Shown here: positions 1-10,603 of the stretch, piece by piece
Numbering within the stretch: position 1 is the stretch's first letter
Layout: the number at the start of each line of letters is the position of its first letter
From: Escherichia phage vB_EcoM_WFL6982
Length of the DNA stretch: 64,000 nt
Direction: 5' to 3' (one strand)
Sequence record: MK373774.1
The notes under the pieces: model-generated
The model's input: only the letters and a program-made list of their open reading frames with translations
Databases searched by the model: none
Told to the model about the DNA's origin: nothing
Translations under genes and position numbers: made by a program

Positions 1-1491
1 TCAAACTGGACTGCCGAAATGTCTGGGTCTTCTTCTGGTCTGTCTGCAGTAATTACTATTGATTCCGTTATAATGGATTCGGGTATTCTGTTAACTGAAG
101 TTGAAACTTCTGAAGAAGCTATTACTTCTCTAACTTTCCAAGAATCTATTAAAAAATATGGTGTCCCAGGCATAGTTGCTCTTTATCCTGGTGAACTTGG
201 CGACCAGCTCGAAATTGAAATCGTATCTAAAGCAGACTATGACAAAGGTGCTTCAGCCCAGTTAAAAATTTATCCTGATGGTGGTACTCGTGCATCTACT
301 GCTAAAGCAATCTTTGGGTACGGCCCACAAACTGATGACCAATATGCAATTATCGTTCGTCGTAACGATGCTGTAGTCCAGAGTGTAGTTCTTTCTACTA
401 AACGTGGTGAACGAGATATTTATGGTAGCAATATCTTCATTGATGATTTCTTTGCTAAAGGCGCAAGCAATTATATTTTCGCTACGGCACAAGGTTGGCC
501 AAAAGGTTTCTCTGGTGTAATCAAACTGAATGGTGGCTTATCATCTAATGAAACTGTTGAAGCCGGTGATTTAATGGAAGCTTGGGATTTGTTTGCTGAC
601 CGTGAATCGGTTAATGCACAGTTGTTTATTGCTGGTTCTTGTGCTGGTGAATCTTTAGAAGTTGCTTCTACAGTTCAGAAACATGTTGTAGCAATTGGTG
701 ATTCTCGTCAAGATTGCTTGGTTCTTTGCTCGCCTCCACGTGCAGCTGTAGTTGGTATTCCTGTTAATCGTGCAGTTGATAATCTGGTTGATTGGCGTAC
801 AGCGTCAGGAACTTACACCGATAATAACTTTAATATAAGTTCTACTTATGCTGCTATTGATGGTAACTATAAATATCAATATGACAAATATAACGATGTG
901 AATCGTTGGGTTCCATTAGCTGCTGATATCGCCGGTCTTTGTGCTCGAACAGACAATATTTCTCAGCCTTGGATGTCTCCAGCCGGTTATAACCGTGGAC
1001 AAATTCTTAACGTTATTAAGCTTGCAATTGAAACTCGTCAAGCACAACGAGATCGTTTGTATCAGGAAGCTATTAACCCTGTTACTGGTACCGGTGGTGA
1101 TGGGTATGTTCTGTACGGCGATAAAACTGCCACTTCTGTTCCTTCGCCATTTGACCGTATTAACGTTCGTCGTTTGTTCAATATGGTTAAAACGAACATT
1201 GGTTCAGCATCTAAATATCGCCTTTTTGAATTGAACAACGCATTTACCCGTTCTTCTTTCCGTACAGAGACTTCTCAATATCTACAGGGTATTAAAGCTC
1301 TTGGTGGTGTATATAACTTTAAAGTTGTTTGTGATACTACCAATAACACTCCAGCAGTTATCGACCGTAATGAATTTGTAGCTACTTTCTACTTACAACC
1401 TGCCCGCTCGATAAATTATATTACGTTGAACTTTGTAGCAACAGCAACTGGTGCCGATTTCGACGAACTGATTGGTGCTGTAGGTGGTTAA
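1..1491 (+). CDS. 18: Tail sheath protein gp18, C-terminal part (5' end lies outside window)
   Basis: Open frame from position 1 in phase with ORF 19..1491; position immediately upstream of gene 19 as in T4; followed by hairpin terminator. Confidence 0.85.
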   Translation, partial: SNWTAEMSGSSSGLSAVITIDSVIMDSGILLTEVETSEEAITSLTFQESIKKYGVPGIVALYPGELGDQLEIEIVSKADYDKGASAQLKIYPDGGTRASTAKAIFGYGPQTDDQYAIIVRRNDAVVQSVVLSTKRGERDIYGSNIFIDDFFAKGASNYIFATAQGWPKGFSGVIKLNGGLSSNETVEAGDLMEAWDLFADRESVNAQLFIAGSCAGESLEVASTVQKHVVAIGDSRQDCLVLCSPPRAAVVGIPVNRAVDNLVDWRTASGTYTDNNFNISSTYAAIDGNYKYQYDKYNDVNRWVPLAADIAGLCARTDNISQPWMSPAGYNRGQILNVIKLAIETRQAQRDRLYQEAINPVTGTGGDGYVLYGDKTATSVPSPFDRINVRRLFNMVKTNIGSASKYRLFELNNAFTRSSFRTETSQYLQGIKALGGVYNFKVVCDTTNNTPAVIDRNEFVATFYLQPARSINYITLNFVATATGADFDELIGAVGG

Positions 1492-1503
1492 TAAGACGCC
1501 TGA

Positions 1504-1523
1504 TGGGCTATTTCGGTAGCCCA
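1504..1523 (+). terminator. Hairpin (tgggcta...tagccca) after gene 18
   Basis: Inverted repeat directly downstream of gene 18 stop. Confidence 0.45.
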
Positions 1524-1531
1524 TATAAATA
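1524..1531 (+). promoter_or_regulatory. T4-type late promoter TATAAATA (gene 19)
   Basis: Exact TATAAATA ~70 nt upstream of gene 19 start. Confidence 0.6.
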
Positions 1532-1603
1532 TACTATATCGTTTAAAAATTAATTCTATGGGCATCCGGTTAATCCTAAGCCCATATTACTACAGAGGCT
1601 AAT

Positions 1604-2095
1604 ATGTTTGTAGATGACGTAACTCGTGCCTTCGAATCTGGTGATTTCGCTCGCCCTAACCTGTTCGAAGTAGAAATCTCTTATCTTGGGCAAAACTTTA
1701 GCTTCCAGTGTCGTGCTACTGCTCTTCCTGCTGCGATCGTTGAAAAGGTTCCTGTTTCTTATATGAACCGTAAAATTAACGTGGCCGGTGATCGTACATT
1801 CGATGATTGGACTATTACAGTAATGAATGATGATGCTCATAGCATTCGTCAGAAATTTGTTGATTGGCAAGGTATTGCAGCAGGACAAGGTAATGAAATT
1901 ACCGGTGGTAAACCTGCTGAATATAAAAAGTCTGCTATCGTTCGTCAATTTGCTCGTGATGCTAAAACGGTCACTAAAGAAGTTGAAATTGTCGGCTTGT
2001 GGCCTACTAACGTTGGCGAAGTATCTCTTGACTGGGACAGCAATAACGAGATTGAAACGTTCGAAGTAACTCTTGCTCTTGATTGGTGGGAATAA
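1604..2095 (+). CDS. 19: Tail tube protein gp19
   Basis: 163 aa, same length and synteny as T4 gp19, between 18 and 20. Confidence 0.9.
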   Translation: MFVDDVTRAFESGDFARPNLFEVEISYLGQNFSFQCRATALPAAIVEKVPVSYMNRKINVAGDRTFDDWTITVMNDDAHSIRQKFVDWQGIAAGQGNEITGGKPAEYKKSAIVRQFARDAKTVTKEVEIVGLWPTNVGEVSLDWDSNNEIETFEVTLALDWWE

Positions 2096-2102
2096 TCTGG
2101 TT

Positions 2103-2116
2103 GGGGAGAAATCCCC
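2103..2116 (+). terminator. Hairpin gggga-gaaa-tcccc after gene 19
   Basis: GNRA-loop stem-loop in 19-20 intergenic region. Confidence 0.4.
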
Positions 2117-2143
2117 AGCTTCCCGTGATGACGGAGAAGTCCA

Positions 2144-2151
2144 TATAAATA
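2144..2151 (+). promoter_or_regulatory. Late promoter TATAAATA (gene 20)
   Basis: Exact TATAAATA 29 nt upstream of gene 20 ATG. Confidence 0.6.
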
Positions 2152-2179
2152 TAACTATAATTCCCATTCGGAGAATACA

Positions 2180-3751
2180 ATGAAATTTAATATCTTAAGT
2201 TTGTTTGCTCCATGGGCAAAAATGGACGAACGTGATTACAAAGACCAAGAAAAAGAAAATTTAGAATCTATCACCGCACCAAAATTAGACGACGGCGCTA
2301 AAGAATACGAAGTATCTGAAAATGAAGCACAGCAAACATATAATGCTATGTTTCAGAGAATGTTCGGTAGTCAAGAACCAGGGCTCAAATCAACCCGTGA
2401 ATTAATCGATACGTATCGAAATTTGATGACGAACTATGAAGTGGATAATGCAGTCTCTGAAATAGTTTCCGATGCTATTGTATATGAAGATGATACAGAA
2501 GTCGTTTCTATAAATTTAGACAACACAAAATTTAGTCCAAATATAAAATCAATGATGTTGGATGAATTTAACGAAGTGTTGAATCATTTATCTTTCCAAC
2601 GTAAAGGTTCAGACCATTTTAGGCGTTGGTATGTAGATTCTCGAATTTTCTTCCATAAAATTATTGACCCTAAACGCCCTAAAGAAGGTATTAAAGAGCT
2701 TCGTCGTTTAGACCCACGTCAAGTTCAATATGTCCGTGAAGTTATTACAACCACTGAAGCCGGTGTTAAAATAGTCAAGGGTTATAAAGAATATTTCATT
2801 TACGACACATCACACGAATCTTATGCTTGTGATGGTCGCATATATGAAGCTGGCACAAAAATAAAAATCCCTAAAGCCGCGATTGTTTATGCCCATTCTG
2901 GTTTAGTTGATTGTTGTGGTAAAAATATCATCGGTTATTTGCATCGGGCTATTAAGCCAGCGAACCAATTAAAACTTCTTGAAGATGCTGTCGTAATTTA
3001 TCGTATTACTCGTGCTCCCGATCGTCGTGTATGGTACGTTGATACAGGTAATATGCCTTCAAGAAAAGCAGCAGAACATATGCAACATGTTATGAATACG
3101 ATGAAAAACCGTATTGCATACGATGCTACTACAGGCAAGATTAAAAACCAGCAGCATATTATGTCGATGACCGAAGATTATTGGTTACAACGACGTGATG
3201 GTAAAGCAGTAACAGAAGTTGACACATTACCAGGTGCAGATAATACTGGAAATATGGAAGATGTACGTTGGTTCCGTAATGCGCTTTATATGGCTTTACG
3301 TATTCCTATTACCCGTATTCCAAGTGACCAAGGTGGTATACAGTTTGATGCTGGTACTTCTATTACACGAGATGAATTATCATTTGGTAAATTTATTCGT
3401 GAGCTGCAACATAAATTTGAAGAGATATTCCTAGACCCGCTTAAAACTAATTTAATTCTTAAAGGAATTATTACAGAAGATGAGTGGAATGATGAAATAA
3501 ATAATATTAAGATAAAATTTCATCGGGATAGTTATTTCTCGGAATTAAAGGATGCTGAGATTCTGGAGCGTCGCATTAATATGCTTCAGATGGCCGAACC
3601 ATTTATTGGTAAATATATTTCTCACAGAACAGCTATGAAAGATATTCTTCAGATGTCTGACGAGGAAATTGAACAAGAGGCTAAGCAAATTGAAGAAGAG
3701 TCGAAAGAGGCTCGTTTCCAAGACCCCGACCAAGAACAAGAGGATTTTTAA
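2180..3751 (+). CDS. 20: Portal vertex protein gp20
   Basis: 523 aa; T4 gp20-like size and position upstream of 67/68/21/22/23. Confidence 0.92.
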   Translation: MKFNILSLFAPWAKMDERDYKDQEKENLESITAPKLDDGAKEYEVSENEAQQTYNAMFQRMFGSQEPGLKSTRELIDTYRNLMTNYEVDNAVSEIVSDAIVYEDDTEVVSINLDNTKFSPNIKSMMLDEFNEVLNHLSFQRKGSDHFRRWYVDSRIFFHKIIDPKRPKEGIKELRRLDPRQVQYVREVITTTEAGVKIVKGYKEYFIYDTSHESYACDGRIYEAGTKIKIPKAAIVYAHSGLVDCCGKNIIGYLHRAIKPANQLKLLEDAVVIYRITRAPDRRVWYVDTGNMPSRKAAEHMQHVMNTMKNRIAYDATTGKIKNQQHIMSMTEDYWLQRRDGKAVTEVDTLPGADNTGNMEDVRWFRNALYMALRIPITRIPSDQGGIQFDAGTSITRDELSFGKFIRELQHKFEEIFLDPLKTNLILKGIITEDEWNDEINNIKIKFHRDSYFSELKDAEILERRINMLQMAEPFIGKYISHRTAMKDILQMSDEEIEQEAKQIEEESKEARFQDPDQEQEDF

Positions 3752-3987
3752 TGGACGATTTAATTCAAGCTATTAAATCAAACGACCTCGTTGCTACTCG
3801 AAAGTTTTTTGAAAGTGCAATGGCAGAAAAAACGGTTCGTTTGATTGAAGCACGCAAAGCAGAAATCGCTTCTCAATTTTTGATTGAAGGCGAAGAACCT
3901 GAAGAAGAAAAGAAAGCTAAAGCTTCGGAAGACGACGCTGATGAAGGCGATGACGACGAAGACGAAGATGATGAGGACGATGAATAA
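3751..3987 (+). CDS. 67: Prohead core protein gp67 (acidic C-terminus)
   Basis: 78 aa with poly-Asp/Glu tail, start overlaps gene 20 stop; T4 synteny. Confidence 0.8.
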   Translation: MDDLIQAIKSNDLVATRKFFESAMAEKTVRLIEARKAEIASQFLIEGEEPEEEKKAKASEDDADEGDDDEDEDDEDDE

Positions 3988-4412
3988 TGTATCTTATCCC
4001 TGAATCTTATGAATTGGTACTCGAAAATGTCGAAGCACTTATTCCTGAAGCACAGGGCCGAATCGATGCATTGTCTTCTGCTCTCGATATTGACGATATA
4101 AATACTATTATCGAGAACATGCTTGAAACTGAAACGGATTTAGCTGTTGCAATGGCTTCCATTATTAATGAAGAACAGTTAAATGAGTTTATCGTTAAAC
4201 ATGTTTCTTCTCGTGGTGAAGTCACCCGCACTAAAGACCGTAAAACTCGTGAACGTACCGCGTTCCAAACCACCGGTCTTTCTAAAGCAAAACGTAGACA
4301 AATCGCTCGTAAGGTCGTTAAAGCTAAAAAAGCTAACCCTTCAGGCCAAGTTAAAGGCTTGCGTAAGCGTAAAAAAGCTCTTAAACGTCGTAAAGCATTA
4401 GGATTAAGCTAA
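3987..4412 (+). CDS. 68: Prohead core protein gp68
   Basis: 141 aa, basic C-terminus, coupled between 67 and 21. Confidence 0.8.
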   Translation: MYLIPESYELVLENVEALIPEAQGRIDALSSALDIDDINTIIENMLETETDLAVAMASIINEEQLNEFIVKHVSSRGEVTRTKDRKTRERTAFQTTGLSKAKRRQIARKVVKAKKANPSGQVKGLRKRKKALKRRKALGLS

Positions 4413-5053
4413 TGAATAAACCCGAGTTACTTATTGAAACTTGGGGTCAACCCGGTGAGATTATTGATGGTGTTCCAATGTTGGAATCTCATGATGGAAA
4501 AGATTCTGGCTTAAAACCAGGGCTTTATATAGAAGGTATTTTTCTTCAGGCAGAGGTTGTTAACCGAAATAAACGTTTATATCCTAAACGCGTTTTGGAA
4601 AAAGCAGTAAGTGACTATATTAAAGAACAAGTCGCAACCAAACAAGCCCTTGGAGAATTAAACCATCCACCTCGTGCAAATGTTGACCCTATGCAAGCCG
4701 CTATCATTATTGAAGATATGTGGTGGAAAGGAAACGATGTATATGGACGTGCTAGAATTATTGAAGGAGACCATGGTCCCGGTGATAAATTAGCTGCTAA
4801 TATACGAGCTGGTTGGATTCCAGGTGTTTCCTCTCGTGGTCTTGGTTCTTTAACCGACACCAATAAAGGGTACCGTATCGTGAACGAAGGATTTAAATTA
4901 ACCGTCGGCGTAGATGCCGTATGGGGACCTTCTGCTCCAGATGCTTGGGTTACTCCTAAACAAATATCAGAATCAGAAAATTCGGTGGAAATCACCAAAA
5001 ACAGTGCTGACGAAGCATTTAAAGCTCTCGCAGAGAGTTTAAAAGCATTATAA
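4412..5053 (+). CDS. 21: Prohead core scaffold protein and protease gp21
   Basis: 213 aa; N-terminus LLIETWGQPGEIIDGVPMLESHDGKD matches T4 gp21. Confidence 0.9.
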   Translation: MNKPELLIETWGQPGEIIDGVPMLESHDGKDSGLKPGLYIEGIFLQAEVVNRNKRLYPKRVLEKAVSDYIKEQVATKQALGELNHPPRANVDPMQAAIIIEDMWWKGNDVYGRARIIEGDHGPGDKLAANIRAGWIPGVSSRGLGSLTDTNKGYRIVNEGFKLTVGVDAVWGPSAPDAWVTPKQISESENSVEITKNSADEAFKALAESLKAL

Positions 5054-5056
5054 ATA
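5049..5056 (+). promoter_or_regulatory. Late promoter TATAAATA (gene 22)
   Basis: Exact TATAAATA ~30 nt upstream of gene 22. Confidence 0.55.
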
Positions 5057-5086
5057 ATAATGTAATCTAAACCACAGGACACTAAA

Positions 5087-5899
5087 ATGATCAAAGAACA
5101 ACTTTTGAAAGAAGCTCAGAACATCGAGACTTCAGTTGCTCTTAATAGTGTTTTCGAATCAGTAGAACTGTCTCCGGACGTTAAAGCTAATTTCAGCACT
5201 GTATTCGAAGCCACCGTTAAGCAGGAAGCAGTCAAACTTGCTGAATCTCATATCAAAGCCATCGCCGAAAAGGCCGAAGAAGAAGTTGAAAAGGCTAAAG
5301 AAGATGCTGAAGAGAAAGCTGATAAAAAATTGGCTGAACAAGCTTCTAAATTCCTAGACCATCTTGCAAAAGAATGGCTCGCAGAAAACCAAATCGCAGT
5401 TGATAAAGGCATTAAAGCTGATTTGTTCGAATCCATGCTTGGTGGTCTGAAAGAACTGTTTGTTGAACATAACGTTGTTGTTCCAGAAGAATCTGTAGAT
5501 GTTGTAGCAGAAATGGAAGAAGAGCTGGCCGAACATAAAGAAGAAACCGCTCGTTTGTTCGAAGAAGTTACCAAACGTGATGCATATATCAATTACGTTC
5601 AGCGTGAAACCGCTATTAATGAAAGCGTAAAAGACCTGACTGAATCTCAGAAAGAAAAAGTTATTGGCCTGGTTGAAGGTATGGATTATTCTGACGCATT
5701 TGGTACTAAGTTAACTGCTATTGTAGAAATGGTTAAAGGTTCTACTAAAGAAGAAGCCGCTATTACCGAAAGTATAAATACAGTTGACAATGACGCTGCC
5801 GGTCTTAATTTTGTTGCCGAAGCAGTTGACACTACCACAACTCAGGTAGAACAGAATTCTAATGTAAGTTTATATGCGAAAGTCGCATCTCGTTTCTAA
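5087..5899 (+). CDS. 22: Prohead core scaffolding protein gp22
   Basis: 270 aa, Glu/Lys/Ala-rich coiled-coil-like sequence; T4 synteny. Confidence 0.9.
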   Translation: MIKEQLLKEAQNIETSVALNSVFESVELSPDVKANFSTVFEATVKQEAVKLAESHIKAIAEKAEEEVEKAKEDAEEKADKKLAEQASKFLDHLAKEWLAENQIAVDKGIKADLFESMLGGLKELFVEHNVVVPEESVDVVAEMEEELAEHKEETARLFEEVTKRDAYINYVQRETAINESVKDLTESQKEKVIGLVEGMDYSDAFGTKLTAIVEMVKGSTKEEAAITESINTVDNDAAGLNFVAEAVDTTTTQVEQNSNVSLYAKVASRF

Positions 5900-5916
5900 T
5901 TTAAAGGTTAACACAA

Positions 5917-7485
5917 ATGACTACTATCAAAACTAAAGCTCAGCTCGTAGACAAATGGAAAGAACTGCTGGAAGGTGAAGGCCTGCCGGAAATCGCTAAT
6001 AGCAAGCAGGCTATTATCGCTAAAATCTTCGAAAACCAGGAAAAAGATTTCGAAGTATCCCCTGAATATAAAGACGAGAAAATCGCTCAGGCATTTGGTT
6101 CTTTCTTGACCGAAGCTGAAATTGGCGGTGACCACGGTTATAACGCTCAGAACATCGCAGCAGGTCAAACCTCTGGTGCAGTAACCCAAATTGGGCCGGC
6201 AGTTATGGGTATGGTTCGTCGTGCTATTCCTAATCTGATCGCTTTTGATATTTGTGGTGTTCAGCCTATGAACAGCCCTACCGGTCAGGTATTTGCTCTC
6301 CGTGCAGTATATGGTAAAGACCCTATCGCTGCCGGCGCTAAAGAAGCTTTCCATCCGATGTATGCTCCAGATGCGATGTTCTCTGGTCAGGGTGCTGCTA
6401 AGAAATTCCCAGCTCTGGCTGCTAGCACACAAACCACAGTAGGTGATATCTATACTCACTTCTTCCAAGAAACTGGTACTGTATATCTGCAAGCTTCTGC
6501 TGTCGTAACACTTGATTCTGGTGCAACTGATGCAGCTAAATTAGATGCAGAAGTTAAGAAACAAATGGAAGCTGGTGCACTGGTAGAAATCGCTGAAGGT
6601 ATGGCTACTTCTATCGCTGAACTCCAGGAAGGTTTCAACGGTTCTACCGATAACCCATGGAATGAAATGGGCTTCCGTATCGATAAACAAGTTATCGAAG
6701 CTAAATCTCGCCAGCTGAAAGCTGCTTACTCTATCGAATTAGCACAAGACCTCCGTGCAGTACACGGTATGGATGCTGATGCTGAATTGAGTGGTATTCT
6801 GGCTACAGAAATTATGCTAGAAATCAACCGTGAAGTTGTTGATTGGATTAACTACTCTGCACAGGTTGGTAAATCTGGTATGACCCTGACTCCGGGTTCT
6901 AAAGCTGGTGTATTTGACTTCCAGGACCCGATTGATATCCGTGGTGCTCGTTGGGCCGGTGAAAGCTTTAAATCTCTGTTGTTCCAGATTGATAAAGAAG
7001 CAGTTGAAATTGCTCGTCAAACCGGTCGCGGTGAAGGTAACTTCATTATCGCTTCCCGTAACGTAGTTAACGTACTGGCTTCAGTTGATACTGGTATTTC
7101 TTACGCTGCACAGGGTCTGGCTTCTGGTTTTAATACCGACACTACTAAGTCTGTATTTGCCGGTGTCCTTGGTGGTAAATACCGCGTATACATCGACCAG
7201 TATGCTAAACAGGATTACTTCACCGTTGGTTACAAAGGCGCTAACGAAATGGATGCAGGTATCTACTATGCTCCTTACGTTGCACTTACCCCGCTGCGTG
7301 GTTCCGATCCTAAGAACTTCCAGCCGGTAATGGGCTTTAAAACTCGTTACGGTATCGGTGTTAACCCGTTTGCTGAAAGTTCCCTGCAGGCTCCAGGTGC
7401 TCGCATCCAGTCCGGTATGCCGTCTATCCTGAACAGCCTTGGTAAGAACGCTTACTTTAGACGCGTCTACGTTAAAGGAATTTAA
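5917..7485 (+). CDS. 23: Major capsid protein gp23
   Basis: 522 aa; T4 gp23 size; followed by strong hairpin terminator. Confidence 0.95.
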   Translation: MTTIKTKAQLVDKWKELLEGEGLPEIANSKQAIIAKIFENQEKDFEVSPEYKDEKIAQAFGSFLTEAEIGGDHGYNAQNIAAGQTSGAVTQIGPAVMGMVRRAIPNLIAFDICGVQPMNSPTGQVFALRAVYGKDPIAAGAKEAFHPMYAPDAMFSGQGAAKKFPALAASTQTTVGDIYTHFFQETGTVYLQASAVVTLDSGATDAAKLDAEVKKQMEAGALVEIAEGMATSIAELQEGFNGSTDNPWNEMGFRIDKQVIEAKSRQLKAAYSIELAQDLRAVHGMDADAELSGILATEIMLEINREVVDWINYSAQVGKSGMTLTPGSKAGVFDFQDPIDIRGARWAGESFKSLLFQIDKEAVEIARQTGRGEGNFIIASRNVVNVLASVDTGISYAAQGLASGFNTDTTKSVFAGVLGGKYRVYIDQYAKQDYFTVGYKGANEMDAGIYYAPYVALTPLRGSDPKNFQPVMGFKTRYGIGVNPFAESSLQAPGARIQSGMPSILNSLGKNAYFRRVYVKGI

Positions 7486-7512
7486 TGCTTTAACGTTAAA
7501 ATACATAACCTT

Positions 7513-7539
7513 ATGGGAGACTTCGGTCTCCCATTTTTG
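7513..7539 (+). terminator. Rho-independent terminator after gene 23 (atgggagac-ttcg-gtctcccat + T-run)
   Basis: Perfect 9-bp stem with UUCG loop followed by TTTTT. Confidence 0.75.
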
Positions 7540-7542
7540 GTT

Positions 7543-7812
7543 TTATTTCTGTGCAATTTCGATGTAAGTTTTCAAAATATTTTGCCAATTAGGCATACCT
7601 TCTTGGGCATATGCCGGAGAACCATCTTTGTTTTTGAATGATGCAAGTTTATCAGTGGCCCAATAACCTTTAGCTCGAGCTTCAGAATCAACTTTCATCC
7701 ATACTTTGTTGAAGGCATTACCATTAACTTTTGCACCATATTTTTCTACTAACTTAACTGCTTCAGCTTCCAGAACTTTTAAAGTATCTCGTAAGAAACG
7801 TGCTTTAGTCAT
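7543..7812 (-). CDS. Hypothetical early protein (89 aa) antisense between genes 23 and 24
   Basis: ORF preceded by GTTTAC-type early promoter and Shine-Dalgarno GAGGAG; occupies the locus where T4 has segD but has no endonuclease motifs. Confidence 0.55.
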   Translation of the reverse strand: MTKARFLRDTLKVLEAEAVKLVEKYGAKVNGNAFNKVWMKVDSEARAKGYWATDKLASFKNKDGSPAYAQEGMPNWQNILKTYIEIAQK

Positions 7813-7837
7813 TTTGTTTACTCCTCTGTAGTTGATA

Positions 7838-7875
7838 AGTCTATAGTATCACATACCAAATACGTTGTAAACAAT
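7838..7875 (-). promoter_or_regulatory. T4 early promoter (-35 TTTACA, 17 nt, -10 TACTAT)
   Basis: Minus-strand reading gtttacaacgtatttggtatgtgatactat. Confidence 0.5.
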
Positions 7876-7878
7876 CTT

Positions 7879-7886
7879 TATAAATA
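7879..7886 (+). promoter_or_regulatory. Late promoter TATAAATA (gene 24)
   Basis: Exact TATAAATA 28 nt upstream of gene 24. Confidence 0.6.
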
Positions 7887-7913
7887 ATCTATATCACATA
7901 AGGAAAAAATGCA

Positions 7914-9197
7914 ATGAGTAAAATCCAAAAATTATTGCGTGAATCTACAACGTCTACTAGCAACTCAATTGGTCGCCCAAATCTCGTTGCTTTGACTCGC
8001 GCTACGACTAAATTAATATATTCTGACATTGTAGCAACACAAAGAACTAATCAACCTGTTGCTGCTTTTTATGGTATCAAATATCTTAACCCAGATAACG
8101 AATTCACATTTAAAACTGGCGCTACTTATGCTGGTGAAGCTGGATACGTAGACCGAGAAAAAATTACTGAGCTCACAGAAGAATCAAAAGTCACACTAAA
8201 TAAAGGCGATTTTTTCAAATATAATAATATCGTCTATAAAGTGTTAGAAGATACACCATTTGCAGATATTCAAGAAAGTGATCTAGAATTAGCTCTTCAG
8301 ATTGCAGTCGTTCATTTAAAGGTACGGTTATTTTCAGATGCAGCGGTAACAAGCAAATTTGAAAGCTCTGATAGCGAAATTTCTGATGCAAGATTCCAGA
8401 TTAATAAATGGCAAACTTCAGTCAAATCTCGTAAACTTAAAACTGGTCTCACGGTTGAATTAGCGCAAGATTTGGAAGCGAATGGATTTGATGCCCCTAA
8501 CTTCTTAGAAGATTTGCTTGCTACTGAAATGGCAGATGAAATTAATAAAGATATTCTTCAGTCTTTAATTACTGTATCGAAACGTTATAAAGTTACTGGA
8601 ATTACTGACACCGGATTTATTGACTTGAGCTATGCATCCGCTCCAGAAGCAGGTCGTTCGTTATATCGAATGGTGTGTGAAATGGTATCACACATCCAAA
8701 AAGAGACAACTTATACTGCAACGTTTTGTGTAGCCTCAGCTCGTGCAGCTGCTATTCTTGCTGCTTCCGGTTGGTTAAAACATAAGCCAGAAGATGACAA
8801 GTATCTTTCACAAAATGCTTATGGATTCTTGGCAAATGGATTACCTCTTTACTGCGATACCAACAGCCCGTTAGATTATGTTATTGTGGGTGTTGTAGAA
8901 AATCTCGGCGAAAAAGAAATTGTAGGGTCCATCTTTTATGCTCCATACACTGAAGGAGTGGATTTAGATGACCCGGAACATGTCGGTGCATTTAAAGTTG
9001 TAGTTGATCCGGAAAGCTTGCAACCGTCTATTGGATTATTGGTTAGATATGCTTTATCAGCAAATCCTTACACAGTAGCAAAAGATGAAAAAGAAGCGAG
9101 AGTAATTGATGGCGGGGACATGGATAAAATGGCGGGACGTTCAGACTTGTCTGTTTTACTCGGTGTTAAATTGCCTAAAATTATTATAGATGAATAA
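7914..9197 (+). CDS. 24: Capsid vertex protein gp24
   Basis: 427 aa, gp23 paralog, T4 length and position. Confidence 0.92.
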   Translation: MSKIQKLLRESTTSTSNSIGRPNLVALTRATTKLIYSDIVATQRTNQPVAAFYGIKYLNPDNEFTFKTGATYAGEAGYVDREKITELTEESKVTLNKGDFFKYNNIVYKVLEDTPFADIQESDLELALQIAVVHLKVRLFSDAAVTSKFESSDSEISDARFQINKWQTSVKSRKLKTGLTVELAQDLEANGFDAPNFLEDLLATEMADEINKDILQSLITVSKRYKVTGITDTGFIDLSYASAPEAGRSLYRMVCEMVSHIQKETTYTATFCVASARAAAILAASGWLKHKPEDDKYLSQNAYGFLANGLPLYCDTNSPLDYVIVGVVENLGEKEIVGSIFYAPYTEGVDLDDPEHVGAFKVVVDPESLQPSIGLLVRYALSANPYTVAKDEKEARVIDGGDMDKMAGRSDLSVLLGVKLPKIIIDE

Positions 9198-9208
9198 ACA
9201 AAAAAAAA

Positions 9209-9224
9209 GGGACCGTAAGGTCCC
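9209..9224. terminator. Bidirectional terminator hairpin gggacc-gtaa-ggtccc flanked by A-run and T-run
   Basis: Between convergent genes 24 (+) and rnlB (-). Confidence 0.7.
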
Positions 9225-9233
9225 TTTTTTTCG

Positions 9234-10232
9234 TTATGATACTAATTCAATCCATGCAGGACGCAGAACATCTTGCACCATTCGGACTAATTCTTTCTTA
9301 ACAAGATTCGGATTATCAGATGATGTTAATACAATACCTTCACGAGAAGTTTCTTCCAGAATATCTTGAACAGTCAATCCCATCACTTTGCCAAAAGATT
9401 TTGGCGTTACAGCCCCAATCTTAGAAATAACATTATTAACACGATTTAATGTAACATAACAAGCTAGAACATCAAGCAAGTTTTTGTCAATTTCGGTTAA
9501 TGGAACCTGAGTTTTAATAGGCTTATCAGACTTTTTCTTTTCACTGAATTTAGAGTTCTTGCACTTAATAGCTACACGAGTACCGTTTGGCAGCCATTTA
9601 GGGAAACAAGGCTTCAGAACATAACCTTCTGCCGTATTATCGCCAATAACATTAGCATCAAATACACAATTATTTGCTTCGACAAGGTCTTCTGACGCAG
9701 TAGCATTATAAGCGGCTAAGACGGAATCAAGGTCATTTGGAATCATGATAAGAGAATCAAATGTTCCACGACCAAGCATTGGTGCCATTTTAAAACCGAA
9801 TTCATTACAGAAATCTTGCATTTCGTAATCGGTCAAATACGTATTATCACCACTTTCTGTATTGATAAGGATATCGAACACATAAAAATCTTTTTCACCG
9901 TAGTCAACACCTTTCTGGATTCCACCACCAGCAAATTCACCGAATACTTGATATGATACGGCTCGAGCTGTGTACATGAATTCCTGAACGGCTTTAATAG
10001 CTTTATCATACTTCTTGAGTACGATTTCATAACCATAAAAATCTTCTGCTGGAAGAATAGGGCCTGTGCGCTTGGCGCATGTGACGTTGCCACGTTCAAT
10101 TATTAACGAGAAGTTGGTCCCATGGATTTTCTCACGTGCTACCCAAACACCAGTAGTCAAACCATTAGTGTAGAGTTTTTCAATAAACTTAGAGTTGTAG
10201 TGGTTTTCAAGACTGCTGTATTTCTTAAACAT
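9234..10232 (-). CDS. rnlB: RNA ligase 2 (Rnl2)
   Basis: 332 aa; nucleotidyltransferase lysine motif KIHGTN near N-terminus; T4 synteny. Confidence 0.9.
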   Translation of the reverse strand: MFKKYSSLENHYNSKFIEKLYTNGLTTGVWVAREKIHGTNFSLIIERGNVTCAKRTGPILPAEDFYGYEIVLKKYDKAIKAVQEFMYTARAVSYQVFGEFAGGGIQKGVDYGEKDFYVFDILINTESGDNTYLTDYEMQDFCNEFGFKMAPMLGRGTFDSLIMIPNDLDSVLAAYNATASEDLVEANNCVFDANVIGDNTAEGYVLKPCFPKWLPNGTRVAIKCKNSKFSEKKKSDKPIKTQVPLTEIDKNLLDVLACYVTLNRVNNVISKIGAVTPKSFGKVMGLTVQDILEETSREGIVLTSSDNPNLVKKELVRMVQDVLRPAWIELVS

Positions 10233-10319
10233 AAATCACCATTATAAATAATAATATCAAAATAATTAGCAGAGACTCTATCTCTGACCGGATGTTTAAT
10301 TTGAATGGATAGAACCTAG

Positions 10320-10352
10320 ATTCATTATACCATCAAAAAATGTAAAGCATAC
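10320..10352 (-). promoter_or_regulatory. Middle promoter (MotA box TGCTTTA + TATAAT)
   Basis: Minus-strand reading tatgctttacattttttgatggtataatg upstream of rnlB. Confidence 0.45.
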
Positions 10353-10603
10353 TAGAACTTGATTTCTATCCAGTGCCCATCACGCTGGTCGTGATTAATT
10401 TTGTACTGAAAGCCGTTATCACGAAGCCATTGACCGACTTGTTCAGTTATAGTTAAATCGTTCTTTGACGGGTAGTACGTGAATTGTGTCTGGCCTTTAT
10501 CAGCGGCTTTCTCTGCTATCACAGAGAAGTTAGTAATAAAATCACTCAACAAATTAGCTTTAGCGGCCAGAGCCCTTTCTCTTAATTCCTGTGCAAAACT
10601 CAT
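10352..10603 (-). CDS. Hypothetical protein (24.2 position)
   Basis: 83 aa ORF, synteny between rnlB and hoc. Confidence 0.55.
   Translation of the reverse strand: MSFAQELRERALAAKANLLSDFITNFSVIAEKAADKGQTQFTYYPSKNDLTITEQVGQWLRDNGFQYKINHDQRDGHWIEIKF

Noticed and set aside
1556-2167. 203-aa minus-strand ORF spanning the whole of gene 19
   Set aside because: Antisense to a confidently identified tail tube gene with late promoter and terminator; no promoter or RBS of its own; typical spurious antisense frame
4615-5094. 159-aa minus-strand ORF overlapping gene 21
   Set aside because: Antisense to prohead protease gene; no expression signals
5908-6492. 194-aa minus-strand ORF (also 7081..7506, 141 aa) inside gene 23
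   Set aside because: Antisense to the major capsid gene; Cys/Ser-rich low-complexity translation
10243-10250. Plus-strand TATAAATA late-promoter-like motif between rnlB and the 24.2-like ORF
   Set aside because: Points into antisense of minus-strand early genes with no plus-strand ORF downstream; likely chance occurrence in AT-rich DNA, though antisense late transcription cannot be excluded
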